NCBI GenBank assembly: GCA_017558005.1
Contig: JAFYWN010000007.1
Coordinates: 74,364 to 138,363, forward strand
From: Kiritimatiellia bacterium
GTDB lineage: Bacteria; Verrucomicrobiota; Kiritimatiellia; RFP12; DVOR01
Reading direction: 5' to 3'
DNA: 64,000 nucleotides
The notes beneath the pieces were generated by a model that did not search any database, was not told the origin of the DNA, and was given only the letters and a program-made list of their open reading frames with translations. The translations under genes were made by a program, and so were the position numbers. How positions within the stretch are numbered: position 1 is the stretch's first letter; each line of letters starts with the position of its first letter. Positions 9,919 to 19,402 of this stretch are shown piece by piece.

Positions 9919-12792
9919 TTATGGGGTCGCCACAGGAGTTGGACGATCTCCGTACAGCTCACGCCATAGCATTCGCATCAGATCCTCCGCGTCCAGAGTA
10001 CTCACCTCTTGCCAATTGGGCAAGACGCCTTCAGCGCGTAAATGCCACTGAGCATAATCCTCTGCAGATTGAGAATACTTGAAAATTTGCGCGTACTTCG
10101 CTCGCTTTAACGCAGTTTCGATTAATGCTAACCGCGCACTCCTCTCGGGATTCCCTTCTCCTTGCGCAATCTCTTGACGCAACATCATCCCCAACAAAGC
10201 AAAGAAGCGTCTTTCATCCTCCTCAAAGATGCGCTCGTTCAGTTGATATGCCTTCTCAATTTCTGCTCGCAATGTTTCCACCTCTACCTCTGGCGTAAAG
10301 GTTTCATTCAAATCGGTCATCAATTCAAGGACAGAGACCCAATAAGCGTCTGCTATCGGCTCTGTCAATGACGCATTCATCATCCACCCAACACACTGCG
10401 TTGCAGAATCTAACATCGGTGCCCTGGCTGCGTCCAAAGGCATCCCTACGTTCGGCACATGGACCCAATCCACCCCTACTTCGGGTTGCTTGGGCGAAAC
10501 AAGCACAAGGCGATCCTTCGGCAAATCCCACGGGAAACCGATTGGCAAAACGCCATCCTCCGTGAAAATCACCCACTTTGCTTCGGTGAAAGCGGTTTGC
10601 ATCCCCTGCCAAATTGCCATTGCCATCTCCGCTGTAGCTGGCGGCTGGGTTGTAAAGAAGGTTGTCTTCTTCCCAATACGCACGTTTGCATCAGCGTATG
10701 TCTTTTGCAACGCCATGTAGTAGTGTTTCGCGAGCTCATCAAACGAAAGGTCGCATTGGACGCCTACGGGCAATCCTGTAAACGCGGGAAACATCAATTG
10801 ATGGCCCCACTTCCATGAATAATCAATCTTCGCGATGCGTCGGAGACGTTGCTCTGGCGTTACAGGAAGAAAGGCGGCATTCGGCACCTCGGCTCCGTTC
10901 ATCCAACGATCCATCCAGATTGGGTGTGGGATTGTTCTAGGTTCAACAGGCTGTTTTATTTCCTTAAAGAAGGCTTCCCAAACCGTATCGATGCCAAGAT
11001 AAAATGGAATATAACCACCCTCATCGCGATGCGGAAAATTAACGATTACTTTTTTCAATGCGTCATAACTGAAAAGAGACGTCGCTACTGCCATTTGCGG
11101 ACTCATTGCCACCATCATCGCGTGCGCCATTTGCTCTGCTTGCGCTTCAGGTGAAAGTTGTCTCAAGCTCTTCACATACTCATGTGCGGGCTGGTCATTA
11201 ATGAGAAGTTCCTCTGCCAAGGCCTGCCCACGCCACAAGCGTACGACCAAGATTGCCCGGTCGGTCTTACGAATCAAACGTTCGTAAGCCCCCGCATAGC
11301 GTTCATCGCAATAGTAACGCAAATAGTTGCGTCCCACCCCGACAAACTCTTCTAGCAGCGGTTCACGTTCTGAATTTGCATAATCTAAACTCACATACTT
11401 TCCTGCGAAGAGATCGCGCGGGTCATAAATCTTCACCTTCAATTCGTAGCGCTTACCGCAGGTCAAAATTAAGTGGCGCTTTAAGAGGAGCCACCCAGGC
11501 ACCACAACTTGCCCCACACAAATTGCAATCGCAAGCCCCGAAGCCAGGCGTTTAAGCCACGCCTTCGTCGGATCAGAAAACGAAACGTGTGGCAGATAAC
11601 TCGGCTCTGCCAAAGAGGGAAATCGCTGAATCAAACGTTGCGAAAAGCGCGTAAAGCAGAGATTAACCACCAAAAAGAGCACACCACTAATGACAAATAC
11701 CACGCCAATGAGCATCAGTTCTGCATCATATTGAGCCATCAAGCAAAAACAGAATGCCAAGAGGAAAAGCATGGAGAAGTTGGCAACGAACCGTGAGCCT
11801 CGTAAAAGCCCCAATACCAACAATGCCGTACTCACCGCAATGACACCGATATTCCCCAATATCCCAAAAGGACTTAACAACCACACCGTTGGAACGATAA
11901 AGAATAATGCACATTCCGAGCGAATCATCTTCGGGAGGAAAATCACCATCGGCACCAACATCACCCCTGCCATGATCATCTCTTCCGTTGAATTAGGCAT
12001 GAAGGAAGTCATTAAGGCAAATGTACCCAAAGTCAGAGTCGACACTAATGTCAACGGACGATTCCACATGGGACGCCCTTCGTCCAACCAAATCCCAATG
12101 AAAAACTGCGTAGTGAAAAAGAGTCCCATCGTGAGCACTTCACACTCAAGCGGCGTCCATTGAGTCATCACCTCGACAACTAAGAAGCCGACAATGCACA
12201 CATAGGCATTCACCCAAAACGCAATGAGATAACGTAAGACGAGCGCCGTCGCAGTTTGACGATACCACACCTCACGCATCCGCGGCAAAAGCAATGCGCC
12301 ACACAAAAGGAGCGCCATTAAAACCACCCATTCAGACACCCCTCCAGAACTTGCAAGGCGATCCATCGAAATTGCTAAAACAAACCCCATTTGCGTCAGT
12401 AACGCAAAGGTCGAACGAAGTCGAATCGTTACCGCCGCAAGCAAGACCGACATCGTCACACAAAACATAAACCCATCTGAAGGTAATTGCAGTACGCGCG
12501 CTAAAAGCGCCACCGCGCAGAGCACACTCCCCGCCCAAGTCGCCCCTAACACCTCCTCAATCTCAATTGCAGGCATCTGACGTTTACGATACCAATGCCA
12601 CCCCACAAGTGACACCGCCAAAGGTGCTAACGCCAAGATTACCTGAACCACAAATGGCACAGACACCCAATTCGCTGCCAAAATGGAAATAATGCCACCG
12701 AGAATCAATAAGGTCCCTGCCGTGCCCAACCACATAAGCCCTTTTAAGCGCTTTTCATCACTCATTGTTGTGCCCTTTCCTAAATCATTCAA
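9919..12792 (-). CDS. large fusion protein: polytopic membrane domain (DUF2157/DUF4401-like) + GDYXXLXY domain + uncharacterised ~410-aa C-terminal domain
   Basis: 957 aa. About 10 or more hydrophobic helices occupy aa 20-385. The motif YDPRDLFAGKYVSLDY at aa 456-471 matches the GDYXXLXY family signature. I do not recognise the remaining soluble sequence. Confidence 0.7.
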   Translation of the reverse strand: MNDLGKGTTMSDEKRLKGLMWLGTAGTLLILGGIISILAANWVSVPFVVQVILALAPLAVSLVGWHWYRKRQMPAIEIEEVLGATWAGSVLCAVALLARVLQLPSDGFMFCVTMSVLLAAVTIRLRSTFALLTQMGFVLAISMDRLASSGGVSEWVVLMALLLCGALLLPRMREVWYRQTATALVLRYLIAFWVNAYVCIVGFLVVEVMTQWTPLECEVLTMGLFFTTQFFIGIWLDEGRPMWNRPLTLVSTLTLGTFALMTSFMPNSTEEMIMAGVMLVPMVIFLPKMIRSECALFFIVPTVWLLSPFGILGNIGVIAVSTALLVLGLLRGSRFVANFSMLFLLAFCFCLMAQYDAELMLIGVVFVISGVLFLVVNLCFTRFSQRLIQRFPSLAEPSYLPHVSFSDPTKAWLKRLASGLAIAICVGQVVVPGWLLLKRHLILTCGKRYELKVKIYDPRDLFAGKYVSLDYANSEREPLLEEFVGVGRNYLRYYCDERYAGAYERLIRKTDRAILVVRLWRGQALAEELLINDQPAHEYVKSLRQLSPEAQAEQMAHAMMVAMSPQMAVATSLFSYDALKKVIVNFPHRDEGGYIPFYLGIDTVWEAFFKEIKQPVEPRTIPHPIWMDRWMNGAEVPNAAFLPVTPEQRLRRIAKIDYSWKWGHQLMFPAFTGLPVGVQCDLSFDELAKHYYMALQKTYADANVRIGKKTTFFTTQPPATAEMAMAIWQGMQTAFTEAKWVIFTEDGVLPIGFPWDLPKDRLVLVSPKQPEVGVDWVHVPNVGMPLDAARAPMLDSATQCVGWMMNASLTEPIADAYWVSVLELMTDLNETFTPEVEVETLRAEIEKAYQLNERIFEEDERRFFALLGMMLRQEIAQGEGNPERSARLALIETALKRAKYAQIFKYSQSAEDYAQWHLRAEGVLPNWQEVSTLDAEDLMRMLWRELYGDRPTPVATP

Positions 12793-12899
12793 ACAAATGC
12801 ATCAATTCGGCACTAAATGCCTAACATAGACAGTTTAGCAAAAACACCCACAGTCAAACACCCCTTCCCTAAAATAACGCGATCATTCATCAAGATGCA

Positions 12900-12926
12900 A
12901 TAAAAAAGGGCCGTTCTCACGGCCCT
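12900..12926 (-). terminator. rho-independent terminator downstream of the CBM48 gene
   Basis: Minus strand: GGGCCGT-gaga-ACGGCCC followed by TTTTTTATT, about 25 nt after the stop at 12952. Confidence 0.65.
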
Positions 12927-12951
12927 TCTGACAATTCCACACGGGAAAACA

Positions 12952-13410
12952 TTAGTCAACGATCTTGACGCTGTTCATGGAGCCCATGTCGTTCTGCACC
13001 CAATCAGGGCACTCACCGTCTGCACACCACACGCCGTCAATGACGAACTTGTATTCATATTTGCCCTTAGGAAGATTGAGGCAGCAAGTGTATTCACCGG
13101 TACCCTTCTTGTCTTCCATCTGCTTTGCGGTAGGATCCCAGTTGTTGAAGCAACCAGCGAGGAACACCTTGCTACCGATTTCCGCACGGACGCGGAAGGT
13201 AACGCGGGTCTTCTTTTCGGTCTTTTCAGCCTTAGCAGCGCACTTCTTAGCGGGCTTGGCTTCGCAAGCGCATTCAAAGAGATCTGCAGTTTCGGGAACG
13301 GCAGGCTTAGCAGCCTTGGCCACCGTGGTGGACTTCGCCGCAGTGGCCTTCTTCGCGGGAGCGGTCTTCGCCTTCGCGGTGGTTGTCTTGGTGGTCTTCT
13401 TAGTAGCCAT
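12952..13410 (-). CDS. Lys/Ala-rich (histone H1-like) tail fused to a CBM48/AMPK-beta-type glycogen-binding domain
   Basis: 152 aa. The N-terminal 70 aa are K/A/T-rich (KKTTKTTTAKAKTAPAKKATAAK...). The C-terminal part, FLAGCFNNWDP...GKYEYKFVIDGVWCAD, matches the CBM48 pattern. Confidence 0.7.
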   Translation of the reverse strand: MATKKTTKTTTAKAKTAPAKKATAAKSTTVAKAAKPAVPETADLFECACEAKPAKKCAAKAEKTEKKTRVTFRVRAEIGSKVFLAGCFNNWDPTAKQMEDKKGTGEYTCCLNLPKGKYEYKFVIDGVWCADGECPDWVQNDMGSMNSVKIVD

Positions 13411-13465
13411 TTCTTATTACTCCTTAAGTTGTTCTTCTTCCAATTAAGAAAGAAAACACACGCGT

Positions 13466-13493
13466 ATTATAACTATTCCGCATGAAATGTCAA
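13466..13493 (-). promoter_or_regulatory. near-consensus sigma70 promoter for the CBM48 gene
   Basis: Minus strand reads TTGACA (13493-13488), a 16-nt spacer, then TATAAT (13471-13466), about 55 nt upstream of the ATG at 13410. Confidence 0.55.
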
Positions 13494-13716
13494 GCGGTTA
13501 TTTTCATGAATTCATTGAAAAGTCAACGAAAATTGATTCAAATGAAGCCGTCCCTGCCATCGTGTAACGAACTCACTCCTCGCCACGCAAGAAACCGCCT
13601 TTCCCTAACCCATGTTTAGGTTCAAAAAGGAGCCCCTTGTCTCTATTGGTTAAACGCATTGAAGTCCCCGATGGAGATGACGAAAGTGACTTTACGCCTA
13701 GGCCATTCAATAAGGA

Positions 13717-14562
13717 TTAATGCGATACCATCAATGCTTTGATGAGCGCCGTTGCAAAGGGTGTGGGCGCTACGAATAATCCCGTTTGACGCAATTTTCG
13801 TGTAGAGAGATGACAATCGTAAGGGCGCGGCACAGGCGTTGGCCGATGATCAGGAAGACATTGCGAGGCATCACATCCCACAAGCGGTGCCATTGTCATC
13901 CCCATCGTGAACTTGGTCATCGCTTCTTCACCAGAATAGTGATAAATCCCTTGAAAACGCACCCCTACATGAGGGAGCAACCGCAGAATTTGTTGCGCAA
14001 TGTCACACGTAAATGTAGGATAGCGAATGGCAATATCATCCATCATTACCGATCCACCCTTTGCCTTCAAGAGATTGGCCGCAAGTACGGTAACTGCAGA
14101 GTTTGACCAATCTTGAATTGGCCCAAAGAGAATCGGCACGCGCAAAATAAGAACATTGGGAAGCGCTTCAATTAGGGTCTCTGCCTCTGCTTTCTGGCGT
14201 CCGTATGCATTTAATGGACGTCGTGGAGCCTCTTCATTGTAAGGCGCATTCGCACCATTAAAGACGTAGTCTGTAGAGATGTGTACTAAGGGGCGCCCGA
14301 AAGCTGCAAGACGTTTAGGAAGAAGGACATTGAGCGCAATGACCGCCTCGTCCTCAGATTCACAACGATCCGGACGACGCTGGGCGGCACAATTCACAAT
14401 GTGTGTCGGATTGTAGTGCGCCAACATTGCAGAGAGTGCATCTGCATCCGTCAAATCCACCTCGGCATGTGTCGGCGCAACGACCTGAACACCTGCTTGA
14501 CGAAGCGCCTCCACCACTTGCGAGCCCAACGCACCCGAGCCACCAGTCACTAAGACATTCAT
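13717..14562 (-). CDS. RmlD/MAT2B-like SDR (dTDP-4-dehydrorhamnose reductase family)
   Basis: 281 aa with N-terminal VLVTGGSGALG, STDYVFNG and YGRQKAEAE (YxxxK), typical of the RmlD substrate-binding family. Confidence 0.75.
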   Translation of the reverse strand: MNVLVTGGSGALGSQVVEALRQAGVQVVAPTHAEVDLTDADALSAMLAHYNPTHIVNCAAQRRPDRCESEDEAVIALNVLLPKRLAAFGRPLVHISTDYVFNGANAPYNEEAPRRPLNAYGRQKAEAETLIEALPNVLILRVPILFGPIQDWSNSAVTVLAANLLKAKGGSVMMDDIAIRYPTFTCDIAQQILRLLPHVGVRFQGIYHYSGEEAMTKFTMGMTMAPLVGCDASQCLPDHRPTPVPRPYDCHLSTRKLRQTGLFVAPTPFATALIKALMVSH

Positions 14563-14577
14563 CCCCTTAATCCCTTC

Positions 14578-15321
14578 TTAAGGTCCCCACTGCGAGACTG
14601 CTCCAAAAAGTGCCTTTGTATTGGCTCGAGTTTGTTCCGCAAAGGTTTCAAGTGTGACTCCGCGCAATGCCGCAAGGAAGGCCGCCGTTTCGCGAACATA
14701 AGCGGGCCGATTACGACGTCCACGCAGGGGGACTGGCGCCAAATAAGGCGAATCGGTTTCAACTAAAATGCAATCCTCTGGGACAAATTTTGCCGTTTCA
14801 CGCAGCATGTCTGCATTACGGAAGGTGACAATGCCTGAAAATGAGATGTAATATCCCAAATCTAACAAACGCCGCGCAAATGCGACATCTCCCGTAAAAG
14901 AGTGAATCACGCCTGTTTTAGGAAGTGCCGCCTCCTGAAGCGCCGACTCGGTAACGGCATCCGCTTCGCGGGTATGGATAATCACAGGTAACTGTTGTTC
15001 ACGCGCAAATCCAGCCTGTACCGCGAAACGGGTGCGTTGGTCGGATTCAATTTCAGGTGAATAGCCCCGATGAAAATCAAAGCCAAGTTCGCCCACCGCA
15101 ATCATGCCTGGCAATGCTTCTAACGCAGGCGCTACACCAACGCATGACCAATCGTATCCACAGGCAAATGGCGCACCCGAGGTGGCCGCCGTGTGATTAT
15201 TGGTCGCATTCCCGCCAACGGCGAGTACACCTACCTGCACTTCTGCCGCTTCGCGAAGCAACTCTTTTGCGTGATCCTCGGGATCAAAATGACAGTGTGT
15301 ATCAACGAGTAGCGGAAGCAT
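14578..15321 (-). CDS. tatD: TatD-family metal-dependent hydrolase/DNase
   Basis: 247 aa with LVDTHCHFD, IIHTREA, GVIHSFTG and VETDSPYLAP motifs. Confidence 0.9.
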   Translation of the reverse strand: MLPLLVDTHCHFDPEDHAKELLREAAEVQVGVLAVGGNATNNHTAATSGAPFACGYDWSCVGVAPALEALPGMIAVGELGFDFHRGYSPEIESDQRTRFAVQAGFAREQQLPVIIHTREADAVTESALQEAALPKTGVIHSFTGDVAFARRLLDLGYYISFSGIVTFRNADMLRETAKFVPEDCILVETDSPYLAPVPLRGRRNRPAYVRETAAFLAALRGVTLETFAEQTRANTKALFGAVSQWGP

Positions 15322-16636
15322 TCTTTTCTTCCCAAAAACGTGCTGAACGGATTTCCGAAGCGGCGAAGGTACGATAGACTCCTGGACGCAATTCTAACGC
15401 AATTGAGCCATCGGGATCGCGACGCACCAAGACACCTCTATAAACGGAGACGTCGGTGCGAATTTCAAAGTTCGGACTGAAATTCAAGCGCAGTTTAATG
15501 ACTTCATTTCCGTAAGTTTTAACAGTAATCTTACGTTGCACATCCGCATACCCATCTGCACGGAAGAGAAGCGTATGTTCACCCACCGGAAGGGTTAAGG
15601 TCGTAACCGCAGAGGTAAAAGAGTCTTTGGTTTCAGGCGCAGTTGTTGCCATTGGCTTGCCGTCCACAAAGACTTGCACCGTTCCAGGCTGCGTCTGCAC
15701 CTTCACTTCACCGCGTAGGGTCTCTAATGCGCACTCCAACGAAGTCGTTTCACCCGCCTTGAGCGTCACACGACGCACCTGTGCTTCATAGTTCGGCATC
15801 TCAACGCGTACCGCATACGCACCTTCTGCCAAATCATTCACCGTCAAAGGCGTTTGGCCGCGTTGAAGACCATTAATGTAAACCGTAGCGCCTTTTGGAT
15901 TACTCTTAATTGTCAACGCCGAGGGCAGACGACGGAGGGTATGTTCAAGGGTTGTTTGTTCGCCAGCCTTCAAGTCAACCGTTTCTTCGTATGTGTGATA
16001 CCCCGGCAAACGAAGCACCACCGCATGTGCGCCTTCGCGCAAACGCGAAAACGTCCCCGGCGTCACGCCACGCGGAACGCCATTGATCTGAATCGCCGCA
16101 CCTGCAGGGTCCGATTCCACCACCAAGGTAGCAGAGTCTGCCACTAACTCCGCATCCACCACCTGGGGGCGGCCATGTTCTAAATTCAAGCGCAAAACAT
16201 GATCATCAAAGCCATCTGCACGAAAGAGAATGCGATACGCCTTCGGCTCAGTGAAGAAGTGATGGAAGGGAGTTGTACCAAGTTCCTGGCCATCACACAA
16301 GACCTTGGCCGGCACGGTACTCCGAAAGAGCACAGGTGTTGACTCTCGCTTGAGTTCAAACGCCTCATGTTTACGTTCGCCTGGCATCGGCCAAAGTGTA
16401 CGATATTCTGTCTTATAGCCAGGCGCAGAAAGTTGTAACAAGGCCGGCACATTGGGGGGCAGTGTCAACTGAAATGACGTCCCTTCAGAATGGGCCTTGT
16501 GATTCACCGTCAATGCCGCAGCGGGTTCAACCGTCACGCGAATCGACGCATTCACCACCTCCTGTGCAGTGAGCATCGCAGGCATCAATGCACACAGAAG
16601 AATCCAAATTTTAGAAAAAGAGCTCTTCATCTTCAT
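15302..16636 (-). CDS. secreted PEGA-domain repeat protein
   Basis: 444 aa. It has an N-terminal signal peptide (MKMKSSFSKIWILLCALMPAMLTAQE) and several PEGA-like modules (SDPAGAAIQINGVPRGVTP, SNPKGATVYINGLQRGQTPL, VQVFVDGKPM). Confidence 0.8.
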   Translation of the reverse strand: MKMKSSFSKIWILLCALMPAMLTAQEVVNASIRVTVEPAAALTVNHKAHSEGTSFQLTLPPNVPALLQLSAPGYKTEYRTLWPMPGERKHEAFELKRESTPVLFRSTVPAKVLCDGQELGTTPFHHFFTEPKAYRILFRADGFDDHVLRLNLEHGRPQVVDAELVADSATLVVESDPAGAAIQINGVPRGVTPGTFSRLREGAHAVVLRLPGYHTYEETVDLKAGEQTTLEHTLRRLPSALTIKSNPKGATVYINGLQRGQTPLTVNDLAEGAYAVRVEMPNYEAQVRRVTLKAGETTSLECALETLRGEVKVQTQPGTVQVFVDGKPMATTAPETKDSFTSAVTTLTLPVGEHTLLFRADGYADVQRKITVKTYGNEVIKLRLNFSPNFEIRTDVSVYRGVLVRRDPDGSIALELRPGVYRTFAASEIRSARFWEEKNASATR

Positions 16637-16639
16637 GAC

Positions 16640-18046
16640 TTACCGCACGCCTTTCTTGCCTCGACGCTGTTCAACGGTCAACAATTTTTCAGAAGCCTGA
16701 CGATTTCGCGCATCATCACGATCTGGAATCATCCGAAGAATCTTCTGAAGTTGCTGAACGGCCACGTCATACCGTTGCGTATTCATCGCCTGCTCCACTT
16801 GGAAAAGTGCTTCTTCATAACGGGTTGCTAAAAGCGTCTCTGCCTCTCTCAAGCCTGCACTCAATTCTGTCACCGTTGCGGGCTTGGGATTCAACGTTTC
16901 AAGCGCAGAAAGCCCCTGCTTATAGGCGACAATCGCCGACCAGAGTTTTTCATCACCTAAGTCGCGTTGTTCCCAATAACGACGAGCCACTTCCAACTGT
17001 TCTGCGCCCAAAGTTTCCAATTCTGCGACAGAGTACTGAGCGGCCCACACATTTAATTCGTTCTTGGCAAAGAATTCTAGGCGTTCACAAAGGTCATTAA
17101 ATGCCGCATGGGTAACATTTTCAGCCACACGCGTCCAAACCTCTGTCCCACGCACAAGGGTCAACGTACGACGTTCAAACGTCACCCCATCAGCACTCCG
17201 CTCGGGGAAAAGCTCACCAATTTCATCCAATTCTGCTTCAAGGATAATCTTCGTCAGTAGTTTTTTCGCCTCTTCAGGTAATTCCACCCGCTTGGTAAAG
17301 CTCCGGTCTGCATCCCCCAAATCATTCACATCCAGCATCAAAACGTTGGACGTCACATCGTACGTTAATACGTAGCGGAACAAATGGCGCGCATCTACAG
17401 AGAAGCGCTCGTAGGCGAACTCAACTTGTTTTGTATTTGCGGGCAACTGACGCACTTGACGCGGCTTTTGTGCCTCAGTCTCCCCAAGCATTAAAAAGGC
17501 CACCGCGCCTAAGAGCAATACCAACAGTGCGATTAAGGGGAACATCAACTTTTTAAAACGATCTGCCCCCTCCTTTGCCTCTGTGGCCTTATCCGCTTCC
17601 TGTTCAAACAAGATCGGTTGCGCCGGCGTAGCTTCAGGTTCTTGAGCCGAAGTAGAAGACTCGCCAAACAAAGCCACCTTCTCCTCCGTCGTTTCTGCAG
17701 GGGGCGAGGGCGGTTGGGGTGAGGGCGCGATTGGAGCCTGGACTTCGGTCGGGCAAATCACTCGGAAGACCCACGCACCAATGGCTAAGATATCCCCCGT
17801 GACCAATGGTGCGGGCTGATCTTTAACCGCCACACCATTTAAGAGGGTGCCATTGGAGGAGTCTAAATCCTCCACATAGGGTTGTGGCGCGAAATAGATA
17901 CGGCAGTGTTGGCGCGAGAGTGCGTCATCTTCAAGACAAATATCCGCCACACGCGAGCGACCAAGGGTTGCGCCGTGCGCAGGAACCGTAAAGGTCTTAC
18001 CTGCCTCTTTCCCGGCCACAACGAGAAGTTGTAAATTGCTGTTCAT
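16640..18046 (-). CDS. FHA-domain transmembrane protein
   Basis: 468 aa. The order is an N-terminal FHA domain (GATLGRSRVADICLEDDALSRQHCRIYF...SSNGTLLNG), a Pro-rich linker, one TM helix (MFPLIALLVLLLGAVAFLML), then an uncharacterised ~270-aa C-terminal domain. Confidence 0.8.
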   Translation of the reverse strand: MNSNLQLLVVAGKEAGKTFTVPAHGATLGRSRVADICLEDDALSRQHCRIYFAPQPYVEDLDSSNGTLLNGVAVKDQPAPLVTGDILAIGAWVFRVICPTEVQAPIAPSPQPPSPPAETTEEKVALFGESSTSAQEPEATPAQPILFEQEADKATEAKEGADRFKKLMFPLIALLVLLLGAVAFLMLGETEAQKPRQVRQLPANTKQVEFAYERFSVDARHLFRYVLTYDVTSNVLMLDVNDLGDADRSFTKRVELPEEAKKLLTKIILEAELDEIGELFPERSADGVTFERRTLTLVRGTEVWTRVAENVTHAAFNDLCERLEFFAKNELNVWAAQYSVAELETLGAEQLEVARRYWEQRDLGDEKLWSAIVAYKQGLSALETLNPKPATVTELSAGLREAETLLATRYEEALFQVEQAMNTQRYDVAVQQLQKILRMIPDRDDARNRQASEKLLTVEQRRGKKGVR

Positions 18047-18095
18047 GTTCTACGTCACTCTTCTTTATGAAAATTCAATGAGTCTCTCTATCAAA

Positions 18096-19400
18096 TCATC
18101 CATGAGCGATGGGGCACGTTGCACAAACAATCCGATGATTGTGACAAAAGTCAGAATAAATCTGCAGTAATCCTTGTTGCCGTAAACCATCTTTAGGCAA
18201 GCCGCGCTCGCTTCCTGTTAATCGCATCCAAGTCTCACGCATCGGCATGGAAAGATCTTCACCAGGCAAAGCATGCAGCTGTCGCTCTGTGAGTTCGCCC
18301 CGCGCCAATCGATACGGAACAAAGAGATTAATCGTCACCACAATTGCCCGCTTCATCCCCACGAGGGAGGTTCGCGAACCGACGTCTTCCTTCAGAAAAT
18401 CCGCCGCCTCTACAATCGCTTCGGGCAACTCCGCCAACGGCAAATCGAGCAATTTTGGTAAATGATGAAGAATTCCTAATGCCCCCGCCAATCTCCTAAA
18501 CGGATGATTTTGCGGGCGAGTTCCTCTTAAATCCCATACGTATGGCTCCAGAGGCGGCTTTATACCACTCGTCCACCATAAATCCCAAAGTTCACGACGT
18601 TCTTCTTTTAAGAGCCCCGCCGAACGAGAAAGAATCGCAAAGCGACTCTTTGTTGAAAAGGGTTCTAACAAAGAAAGCGGATACTCCTTTGCAAGGCGCC
18701 GAAAGGGTTCTGCATTTCTGCTATACCCCATCGTTGCCATCAATCCCTCATAGAAGACTTGCGTAGCATTCTCTGCGTGAAGGCTTTCAATAAAACGATT
18801 CGTTTTCGCCATCAAACGATAATAACCCGCAGAAACCAAGAGGCGATCTAATTCCAAAGGGGCTTGCTTAAAATGTGCCAAACAGGGATGCTCCACCCCA
18901 AGCGCATCCTTTGGGCGAGCAAAATACGTGGCATCAAAGGTCCTCAACTCAGGGAAGATACGCTCTAATGCCAAACTCGGCACATGACACGAAAGGGTTT
19001 TTGCGGGTGGCGCAGCGGACCACGTTACATGCAGCACCAGATTGCCATATGCAGGGTCTTTTGCATGGCCATGTGCATCCCAATCGGCAGGCCGAATGTG
19101 CAATTCCACATCTCCACGCCGAAGTTCACCGCCAATGACAAGAATCGCATCTTTAAAATCGGGGCCATCCGCATGATTCCAGCGTCCTGGCTCAACGACT
19201 TCAAGCGTGGTACCATCGACCAATTGGAGCGGTCGCCCCTCAAAGGTCTGATGTTGCCACAAATACTGCAGCGCATACTCGTCCCCAAGCAAAGCGCCCT
19301 CGTCTGCCACTTGAAGCGCCTCCGAAACGGGGGCTCTCAAATGTGCATATCCATCCGAGGACTCTTTTAACTGCTCAAGAAGCGTCATACCATGGAGCAC
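18096..19400 (-). CDS. DUF2851 family protein
   Basis: 434 aa. The N-terminal block YLWQHQTF...GRWNHADGPDFKDA...VELHIRPADWDAHGH matches my recollection of DUF2851. Confidence 0.7.
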   Translation of the reverse strand: MLHGMTLLEQLKESSDGYAHLRAPVSEALQVADEGALLGDEYALQYLWQHQTFEGRPLQLVDGTTLEVVEPGRWNHADGPDFKDAILVIGGELRRGDVELHIRPADWDAHGHAKDPAYGNLVLHVTWSAAPPAKTLSCHVPSLALERIFPELRTFDATYFARPKDALGVEHPCLAHFKQAPLELDRLLVSAGYYRLMAKTNRFIESLHAENATQVFYEGLMATMGYSRNAEPFRRLAKEYPLSLLEPFSTKSRFAILSRSAGLLKEERRELWDLWWTSGIKPPLEPYVWDLRGTRPQNHPFRRLAGALGILHHLPKLLDLPLAELPEAIVEAADFLKEDVGSRTSLVGMKRAIVVTINLFVPYRLARGELTERQLHALPGEDLSMPMRETWMRLTGSERGLPKDGLRQQGLLQIYSDFCHNHRIVCATCPIAHG

Positions 19401-19402
19401 AA

